From: Brevundimonas sp. A19_0
GTDB taxonomy: Bacteria; Pseudomonadota; Alphaproteobacteria; Caulobacterales; Caulobacteraceae
Assembly: GCF_017744255.1 (NCBI RefSeq)
Contig: NZ_JAGHQP010000004.1
Coordinates: 20,010 to 52,009, forward strand
DNA length: 32,000 nt
Direction of reading: 5' to 3'
Part shown: in pieces, positions 23,958-32,000 of the stretch
How the letters are laid out: every line of letters begins with the position of its first letter
Position numbering within the stretch: position 1 is the first letter of the stretch
The notes under the pieces: model-generated
The model's input: the letters and a program-made list of their open reading frames with translations, nothing else
Told to the model about the DNA's origin: nothing
Databases searched by the model: none
Program-made: the position numbers and the translations under genes

Positions 23958-26156
23958 ATGAAACGCCTGATCCTGTCCGTGGCCGTTCCGGCCCTGATGC
24001 TGTCTGCCTGCGCCGGCATGCCGGGCGCCCAGGACCCGGCGGAGACCTCCGTCCCGGTCTCAGAGGCCTCCATGCCCGGCTTCCCGGCGGACCTCTCGCC
24101 CGAGGGCGTCGCGGCCGCCGACGATCATCTGGCGCTGGAACAGGTGGATGGGGCCGAGGCCATGGCGTTCGTCGCCCGCTCCAACGAGCGGGCGCTGGCG
24201 ACGCTGGAGGGCGACCCCCGCTATGAGCCCTTCCGCCAACAGGCCGAGGCGATCCTTACGGCCACCGACCGGATTCCCGCCCCGTCCTTCCTCGGCGACG
24301 GCATCGGCAATTTCTGGCAGGACGCGACCAATCCCAAGGGCATCTGGCGCCGCACGACGCTGGAGTCCTATGCGTCCGGCGACACGCAGTGGGAGACCCT
24401 GCTCGACATCGACGCCCTCGCCCGCGCCGAGGGCCGCGACTGGGTGTTCAAGGGCGCCAGCTGTCTGCCGCCGGCCGAGACCCGCTGCCTCGTCAATCTG
24501 TCCGACGGCGGCAAGGACGCCGTGGTGGTCCGCGAGTTCGACCTGACCACCAAGGCCTTCGTGGACGGCGGCTTCGTCCTGCCAGAGGGCAAGCACCGCA
24601 TCAGCTGGCTGGACGCCGACACCCTGCTGGTCGCCACCGACTTCGGACCCGGCACCCTGACCGAGTCGGGCTATCCCTATATCGTCAAGTCGCTGAAGCG
24701 CGGCCAGACCCTCGCCCAGGCGACCGAGGTCTATCGCGGCGAGGCCGGCGACGGCGGCTATGGGGTCAGCGCCTCGGTCTTCCGCGACGGCGAGGGCGCC
24801 GTGCAGGCGGTGCTCATCAACCGGCCGCTCGACACCTTCAGCGCCCAGACATGGGAACTGGTGGACGGCGAGGCGGTCCGCCTCGACATCCCCGAGCGGG
24901 TCGCCATCTACGGCGTCCAGGCCGGCAGCCTGATCCTCTCTCCGGACGAAGCCTGGACCCGTTACGGCCTGACCTATGCCCCGGGATCGCTGCTCGCCAT
25001 CTGCATCCCGTGCGTGCGCCCGGACCCGCAGGTGATCAGCAACCAGGCGACGCAGATCTTCGAACCGACCGACCGTCAGTCGATCAGTTCGGTGGCCGTC
25101 TTCGATAACCGCGTGGTCGTCGCCTACAACGACAACGTCGTCGGACGCGTGGCCACCTTCCGCAATCGCGGCGAGTTCGGCTGGCCTCGCACGGATGTGG
25201 CTGTGCCGGATAATCAGGCCGTCTCGCTGGGCGACTCCTCGCGCGGCTCGGGGCGGGTCTTCCTGTCGACGCAGGGCTTCCTGACGCCGCCGACGCTCAG
25301 CCTGTTCGGGGTCGAGGGCGGCACCCTCACCCAGCTCCGCTCCGCCCCGCCCAAGTTCAATGCCTCGACCCATGTGGTCCGGCAGTATGAGGCGACCTCG
25401 ACCGACGGGACGAAGATCCCCTATTTCGTCGTCATGCCGCGCGACCTCGCGCTGGACGGTACGGCGCCCACCATCCTGTTCGGCTATGGCGGGTTCCAGA
25501 TCAGCTTCCCGCCTGCCTACAAGCCCGAGATGGGCAAGCTGTGGCTCGAGAACGGCGGCGTCTTCGTTCAGGCCAACATCCGCGGCGGGGGCGAATTCGG
25601 CCCCGGCTGGCACCAGGCGGCCCTCAATGAAAACCGCCAGCGCGCCTTTGATGACTTCGCCGCCGTGGCCGAGGACCTGATCGCGCGGGGCATCACATCG
25701 CCCCGGCATCTGGGCATCTATGGCCGGTCGAACGGCGGGGTGCTGACCTCGGTCTCGATCACCCAGCATCCGGAACTGTTCAATGCGGCCGTGATCGAAA
25801 GCCCGCTGATCGACATGCTGCGCTATCACGAACTGCCCGCCGGGGCCTCGTGGATCGGCGAGTACGGCGACCCCCGCATTCCCGAGGAAGCCGCCTGGAT
25901 CGCGGACTACTCGGCCTATCAGCGGCTGAGCCCCGATGTCGACTATCCGCGCGTCTACATCACCACCAACACGCGCGACGACCGCGTCCACCCCGGCCAC
26001 GCCCGCAAATTCGCGGCCCGGCTGGAGGCGCAGGGCCACGACCACCTCTATTTCGAGGACACGGCCGGCGGCCATTCCAACGACGCCGACCCGGTCGCCA
26101 ACGCCCGCCGCTGGGCCCGGCACTATGTCTATCTGGCCCAGCAGCTGATGGACTGA
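23958..26156 (+). CDS. Prolyl oligopeptidase family (S9) serine peptidase, lipoprotein-type signal; paralogue of the upstream gene
   Basis: MKRLILSVAVPALMLSACAG carries a lipobox. Catalytic context: GIYGRSNGG, TNTRDDRVHPGHARK, GGHSND. Many blocks are shared with the upstream gene, for example NFWQDA..GIWRRTT and CLVNLSDGGKDAV.VREFD. Confidence 0.85.
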   Translation: MKRLILSVAVPALMLSACAGMPGAQDPAETSVPVSEASMPGFPADLSPEGVAAADDHLALEQVDGAEAMAFVARSNERALATLEGDPRYEPFRQQAEAILTATDRIPAPSFLGDGIGNFWQDATNPKGIWRRTTLESYASGDTQWETLLDIDALARAEGRDWVFKGASCLPPAETRCLVNLSDGGKDAVVVREFDLTTKAFVDGGFVLPEGKHRISWLDADTLLVATDFGPGTLTESGYPYIVKSLKRGQTLAQATEVYRGEAGDGGYGVSASVFRDGEGAVQAVLINRPLDTFSAQTWELVDGEAVRLDIPERVAIYGVQAGSLILSPDEAWTRYGLTYAPGSLLAICIPCVRPDPQVISNQATQIFEPTDRQSISSVAVFDNRVVVAYNDNVVGRVATFRNRGEFGWPRTDVAVPDNQAVSLGDSSRGSGRVFLSTQGFLTPPTLSLFGVEGGTLTQLRSAPPKFNASTHVVRQYEATSTDGTKIPYFVVMPRDLALDGTAPTILFGYGGFQISFPPAYKPEMGKLWLENGGVFVQANIRGGGEFGPGWHQAALNENRQRAFDDFAAVAEDLIARGITSPRHLGIYGRSNGGVLTSVSITQHPELFNAAVIESPLIDMLRYHELPAGASWIGEYGDPRIPEEAAWIADYSAYQRLSPDVDYPRVYITTNTRDDRVHPGHARKFAARLEAQGHDHLYFEDTAGGHSNDADPVANARRWARHYVYLAQQLMD

Positions 26157-26167
26157 CGGCGGCTTCA

Positions 26168-26197
26168 CGCGCCCCTCACGCGAAAATGAGGGGCGCG
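26168..26197 (+). terminator. GC-rich hairpin after the second S9 peptidase gene (possible intrinsic terminator, no U-tract)
   Basis: cgcgcccctca (26168-26178) pairs perfectly with tgaggggcgcg (26187-26197) across an 8-nt loop, cgcgaaaa. It starts 12 nt after the stop at 26156. It is followed by aatacgcc, which is not T-rich. Confidence 0.4.
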
Positions 26198-26227
26198 AAT
26201 ACGCCGGAGCGGCTAGGAGTCTGACCC

Positions 26228-26983
26228 ATGGGAGTTCGGGGGTGGACACGTCTGGTGATCGCGGGGGCCGCTGGCGCCTGCCTGTTCGGGGCGGTTGCGA
26301 CCTCGGCCCAGTCCGTGCGCCGTGTCGCCCGCGCCGATGTGGCGGTCCGCGAGGCCCCGGTGGTGGTCGAGCTGTTCACCGCCCAGGGCTGCGGCGGCTG
26401 TCCCGAAGCCAACCAGCGGGTCGAGACCCTGGTCGACCGCCCCGGCGTGATCGTCCTGACCTATCCGGTCGATTACTGGGACTACACCGGCTGGACCGAT
26501 ACCCTGGCCCGCCCCGAATTCAGCGAGCGCCAGCAGGCCTATCGCCAGGCCCTGCGCCTGCGCGCGGTCTCCACGCCCCAGGTCATCCTCGACGGCTATC
26601 GCACCGTTGCCCCGCGCGACGAGGACAGTCTGGGCGTCGCGGTGAATGAGGAATCCGCCCGCCGGCTGTGGGCGCCGGATATCGAGTTCCGCACCTCCGG
26701 GGACCGGGTCGGCATCGGCTCGGGCCGGGTCGAGGACGGCGGGGCCGATGTGCTGGCCGTGGTCTATACTCCCGGCCCGGTGCTGGTCCGGGTTGAGAGC
26801 GGCGACAACCGCGGCCGGGTGGTCCGGCACACCAATGTCGTCCGCTCGATCCAGCCGATCGGCGAATGGACCGGCCGCCCGATCCTGCTGTCCCTGCCCG
26901 ACGAGCTGGAGCCCGGCGACCGGGTGGCGGTGCTGATCCAGTCGCGCGAAGACCGCCACATTCTGGGGGCCGCGGTTCGCTGA
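26228..26983 (+). CDS. DUF1223 (thioredoxin-like) domain protein, secreted
   Basis: It has a signal peptide, then VVELFTAQGCGGCPEANQ...VLTYPVDYWDYTGWTD, which matches my memory of the DUF1223 signature (ELFTSQGCSSCPPAD...VDYWD). Confidence 0.7.
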   Translation: MGVRGWTRLVIAGAAGACLFGAVATSAQSVRRVARADVAVREAPVVVELFTAQGCGGCPEANQRVETLVDRPGVIVLTYPVDYWDYTGWTDTLARPEFSERQQAYRQALRLRAVSTPQVILDGYRTVAPRDEDSLGVAVNEESARRLWAPDIEFRTSGDRVGIGSGRVEDGGADVLAVVYTPGPVLVRVESGDNRGRVVRHTNVVRSIQPIGEWTGRPILLSLPDELEPGDRVAVLIQSREDRHILGAAVR

Positions 26984-27098
26984 ACGGCGAAAGCCCCTTT
27001 GCGGACGCCATCACATTCGGTCAGTATTCCGGTTGCCCGGGGGCGGGCAGACTGTCGCGACGCGCACCCTTGCGCGTACGGCATGGGGAAAAGAACGC

Positions 27099-27782
27099 AT
27101 GGGCAGCCACGCATACAGGATCGCAACCGGCCCGCTCCGCACGGGGCTGCTGGCGCTCGTCGCGGCCCTGACGGTCATGGCCTGCGCCGGTCTGGGCCGC
27201 GCCCAGGACCCCGCGCCCATGGTGCCCTCGCCCGAGGCCGCCGGCGTGTCGCAACTGGTGACGGCGGCCGGGCTGGCCGACTGGGGGCGCACGCATCAGG
27301 ACCCCGGCGCCCTGATCATGGCGGCCAGGATCGTCGGCGAGGTGCCCCTGCGCAACCAGGGCGACCAGCTGCCCTTCCTGACCTTCGACAGCCTGCTGAC
27401 CGAGGCCGAGGAAATGGCGGCCGGCCAGCCCGCCTATCTGGCGGCCATAGAACAGCTGCGCGGACAGGTCACCCGCGGGGTGGTGTCCTCGCCCTTTGGC
27501 CGCGGCCCGATCGCGACCGTCAAGGACGTCCGGGCGCGCGAGACCTTCGGCTTTGACGTCGATGCGCGCGGCGGCGAAATCCTCCGCATCGCTGCCATCG
27601 GCGACGGCGACACCAACATCGACCTGATCGTACGCGACGCCGAGGGGCGGCTGTTGTGTCAGGACGGGTTCGGCGACCACTATCCCGTCTGCACCCTGAT
27701 GCCGCAGCTGGCGGGCAAGGTGCGGGTCAGCGTGGTGAACCGGGGCGCGATCTGGACCAAGGTCCAGATCCTCAGCAACTGA
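27099..27782 (+). CDS. Secreted hypothetical protein with a beta-rich C-terminal domain
   Basis: The start is ATG 27099, preceded by GGGGAA. The signal peptide is LRTGLLALVAALTVMACAGLGRAQDP. The C-terminus FGFDVDARGGEILRIAAIGDGDTNIDLIVRDAEGRLLC...VRVSVVN resembles PPC/pre-peptidase-type beta domains; this resemblance is weak and from memory. Confidence 0.6.
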   Translation: MGSHAYRIATGPLRTGLLALVAALTVMACAGLGRAQDPAPMVPSPEAAGVSQLVTAAGLADWGRTHQDPGALIMAARIVGEVPLRNQGDQLPFLTFDSLLTEAEEMAAGQPAYLAAIEQLRGQVTRGVVSSPFGRGPIATVKDVRARETFGFDVDARGGEILRIAAIGDGDTNIDLIVRDAEGRLLCQDGFGDHYPVCTLMPQLAGKVRVSVVNRGAIWTKVQILSN

Positions 27783-27789
27783 GGACGGC

Positions 27790-29547
27790 ATGGGGGCAGG
27801 GGCAGAGCGCGGCATGAGGATCGGGGCCTGGAGGCTGGGCCTGCTGATCCTGCTCGGTCTGGCCCTGGCCGGGGGGGCGCTGGCGCGCGCCGGGTCCGGA
27901 CAGGATCCCGACACGCCGGAATCCCTGCGTGCCGAGGCGTTTGAGGCGGCCCAGTGGGCCATTGTGTCCGATGCCGCCGACGCCCTCGCCAAGGTCTCGG
28001 CCCGCTTCGCCGAGGGTGACGACGCCCTGGGGCAGCTGGCGGAGCGGCGCGAGCGGCTGATCCAGCGCCGCGATGCGCTGGAGCGTGAGGTCGAGGGCCT
28101 CTACGCCCAGGATACGCCTTCGGCCCGCGAGCGCCGCCGGATTCTCAGCCGCAGCTATGAGCAGACGCTCGCCGAGCTGGGCGAGGTCGACGCCGAAATT
28201 CAGGAGTCCTTTCCCGCCTTTGCCGAGCTGACCAGCCCGCGCGCACTGAGCGTCACCGAGACCCAGGCCCTGCTCAATCCGGACGAGGCCCTGTTGCTGG
28301 TGTTCGTCAATCCGGAGGCGACCTATGTCTGGGGCATCACCTCGGACCGGATCGAATGGGCCCGCGCGGCCGATCTGGGCGAGGCTGCGCTGACCGCCTC
28401 GGTCGACCGCCTGCGGGCCTCGCTGACCACGGCCGGCGCGCGCAGCGACCCGACGCTGGATCCCGCCCTGTTCGCCGGTCGCCCGGTCCGCGCCTATGAC
28501 CGGGCCGAGGCCTACCGCCTCTACACATCCCTGATCCAGCCGGTCGAGGGCATCTTCGCCGGCCATTCCACCCTGATCACCGTGGTCAGCGGACCTCTGA
28601 CCACCCTGCCGCTCGCCGCCCTCGTGACCGCCCCGCCAGTGGGCGAGGACACGGCCCCCGAGGCCCTCGCCACGACGGAATGGCTCATCGACCGCTATGC
28701 GCTGGCGACCCTCCCGTCAGTCTCCAGCCTCAAGGCCCTGCGCTGTCATCTGGCGGCGGACGAGGACCGCCATCCGGGGTGCCCGGCCCGTCTCACCGGC
28801 GGAGACGGCCGACGGGCCATGCTGACGGGCGATCGCCTGCCGCTCGTGGCCTTCGGGGCGCCGGTCCTGACCGGCACGCCAGAGCCCGCCGCGCGCGGCG
28901 CACCCGATGCCGATGGCATACTGGGCGAGGGCCAGCTGGCCGATGTCGAGAAGCTGCGCGCCTTGCCGGACCTGCCCGGCGCCCGGGCCGAGCTGATGGC
29001 GCTGGGTCGCATCTATCCCAAGGGTGTGGTGCGGATCGGGGCGGCGGCCACCGAGACCGCCGTCCGCAAGACCGACACCGATCTGTTGTCCGAGGCGCGC
29101 TTCGTCGTCTTCTCGACCCACGGGCTTATGGCCGGGGCCAGTTTCGCCGAACCCGGTCTGGTGCTCACCCCGCCCGGAACGGCGACCGCCGAGGACGACG
29201 GCTATCTGACCGCGTCGGAAGCGGCCGGTCTGCGCCTCAACGCCGACTTCGTCGTGCTGTCGGCCTGCAATACGGCGGCCTCCGACGGCCGGCCGGGCGG
29301 AGAGGGGCTGTCGGGCCTCGCCCGGGCCTTCTTCTACGCCGGGGCCCGCTCGATCCTCGTTTCGCACTGGGAAGTGTCGGACCAGGCCACGACCGCCCTG
29401 ATCACCGGCACCTTTGCGGGCCTCGACCGTACGCCGGGTAACCGGGCCGTGGCGCTGCAGGGCGCCATGCGCGAGGTGCGCGCCGACCGTCGCTGGCAGC
29501 ATCCGGCCTATTGGGCGGCCTTCACCCTCGTGGGCACCCCCAGCTAG
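27790..29547 (+). CDS. CHAT-domain (caspase-like) protease with an N-terminal signal/anchor and a coiled-coil region
   Basis: The His-Cys dyad context is FVVFSTHGLM (His 29119-29121) and FVVLSACNTAAS (Cys 29266-29268), followed by YAGARSILVSHWEV. The N-terminus MRIGAWRLGLLILLGLALAGGALARA is hydrophobic. GAGGA lies upstream of ATG 27790. Confidence 0.8.
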   Translation: MGAGAERGMRIGAWRLGLLILLGLALAGGALARAGSGQDPDTPESLRAEAFEAAQWAIVSDAADALAKVSARFAEGDDALGQLAERRERLIQRRDALEREVEGLYAQDTPSARERRRILSRSYEQTLAELGEVDAEIQESFPAFAELTSPRALSVTETQALLNPDEALLLVFVNPEATYVWGITSDRIEWARAADLGEAALTASVDRLRASLTTAGARSDPTLDPALFAGRPVRAYDRAEAYRLYTSLIQPVEGIFAGHSTLITVVSGPLTTLPLAALVTAPPVGEDTAPEALATTEWLIDRYALATLPSVSSLKALRCHLAADEDRHPGCPARLTGGDGRRAMLTGDRLPLVAFGAPVLTGTPEPAARGAPDADGILGEGQLADVEKLRALPDLPGARAELMALGRIYPKGVVRIGAAATETAVRKTDTDLLSEARFVVFSTHGLMAGASFAEPGLVLTPPGTATAEDDGYLTASEAAGLRLNADFVVLSACNTAASDGRPGGEGLSGLARAFFYAGARSILVSHWEVSDQATTALITGTFAGLDRTPGNRAVALQGAMREVRADRRWQHPAYWAAFTLVGTPS

Positions 29548-29550
29548 GCG

Positions 29551-30623
29551 TCAGGCGCCGGCCTTTTTCGCAAAGCTCCAGGCCGCGTCCGACAGCGGCC
29601 CGACCTGGGCGGCCATGGTCCGGGCGTGGCTGCTGGCGGCGGTGCCGTCGCGCACCCGCCCGGCGATCCCCTGACAGATGGCGGCCAGACGGAACAGATT
29701 ATAGGCGAACAGCCAGTCGAGATTGGCCGGCCCCGCCGTTCCGGTCTTCTCGGCATAGCGCGCGACCGTCTCTTCGACCGACGGAATGCCCAGCGCCTCC
29801 AGATCTGCCCCGGCCAGACCGTTTCTGAGGGTCGCCGGAATCACCCAGGCGATCAGCAGATAGGAAAAATCCGCCATCGGGTCGCCCAGCGTCGACAGCT
29901 CCCAGTCCAGCACGGCCCGCACCTCGGCCCGGTCGGGCGCGAGGATCATATTGTCGAGGCGGAAGTCGCCGTGCACGATCCGCGTCGGCCCGTCCGGCGG
30001 CAGGCTTTCGGGCAGGAAGGCGATCAGCCGGTCCATCGCCTCGATCGTGTCGATCTCGGACGCCTGATACTGTTTGGTCCAGCGGCCGACCTGACGGGCG
30101 AAATAGTTGCCCGGCTTGCCATAGTCCGACAGGCCGATGGCCTCCGGATCGAACCGGTGCAGGGCCGCCAGCGTATCGGTCTGGGCCTCATAGATGGCGC
30201 GCCGTTCGGCCGGTGACAGATCGGGCAGTTTCAGGTCCCAGAACACCCGGCCCTCGACCTTGTCCATCACATAGAACATCGAACCGATGACGCTATCGTC
30301 CGTACACAGAATATGGGGTCGGGCGACGGGGAAGCCCTGGGCATGCAAGGCCGAGATCACCCGGAATTCCCGATCGACCGCATGGGCGCTGGGCAGCAGA
30401 ACGCCCGGCGGCTTGCGGCGCAGCACATAGGTCCGGCCGGGCGTGGTCAGCTCATAGGTCGGGTTCGACTGCCCGCCCTTGAATTGGCGGAGCGTCAGGG
30501 GGCCCTGATAGCCCTCGACGTGTTCGGCCAACCAGGCGTCCAGGGTGGCTTCGTCCAGCGCGTGCCGGGGATCGACCTCGCGCGTACCGGAAAAGGCGGA
30601 CTGGGGGTCGAGGGTCGGGTCGG

Positions 30624-30627
<4 letters not shown>
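29551..30627 (-). CDS. Phosphotransferase (APH / choline-kinase-like) family protein
   Basis: The Brenner/APH motif is RIVHGDFRLDNMIL, followed by VLDWELSTLGDPMADF. The ATG at 30627 overlaps the glpK stop (ATGA). Confidence 0.8.

Positions 30628-32000
<1,373 letters not shown>

Noticed and set aside
21682-26249. 571-aa and 729-aa minus-strand ORFs (21682..23397, 24060..26249), plus 20873..21895 and 19807..21312
   Set aside because: They are antisense to the two S9 peptidases, the K+ channel and dapF. Their sequences are Arg/Gly/Ala-rich and have no domain signatures.
27790-29547. The CHAT protein as a single-gene CHAT-type defence system (Borvo-like)
   Set aside because: It has core-like high GC, housekeeping flanks, an N-terminal export signal and a coupled secreted partner. 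These argue against a cytoplasmic anti-phage effector. It is kept as a separate low-to-moderate finding instead.

Overview
High-GC bacterial chromosome, probably alphaproteobacterial (the Caulobacterales-like guess is inference only). The window splits at about 14.08 kb.

LEFT (1-14085), accessory DNA:
- Spot counts of 60-nt lines give 28/60 and 33/60 GC here versus 45/60 in the core. These are hand counts, not a full computation.
- It ends against a truncated comM/yifB gene, of which only the C-terminal third is present. I read this as the right-hand part of a genomic island of at least 14 kb inserted in comM.
- Contents: (i) an RHS/YD-repeat operon. The large RHS ORF is missing from the supplied track because it runs off the left edge. 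(ii) A small lipoprotein. (iii) A same-strand block of XRE regulator, PD-(D/E)xK-like protein and soluble T4CP/HerA-like P-loop ATPase. (iv) A DUF4365-like nuclease-fold protein translationally coupled to a very acidic 130-aa protein. (v) A complete, recognisable QatABCD anti-phage operon (KAP ATPase, QatB, QueC-like, TatD), preceded by its own XRE-type HTH gene and followed on the same strand by an unassignable 436-aa ORF.

RIGHT (14086-32000), ordinary core genes: input-less hybrid histidine kinase (ShkA-like architecture), ampG, maeB, dapF, a K+ channel, two tandem S9 prolyl-oligopeptidase paralogues, DUF1223, a secreted protein plus secreted CHAT protease, an APH-family kinase and glpK (partial).

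Best candidates for something undescribed: the three uncharacterised modules packed next to Qat (4107-6443, 6596-7695, 7700-9010).

No CRISPR array, tRNA, rRNA, integrase or transposase was recognised. All functional calls rest on motif recognition by eye. No database search was run.
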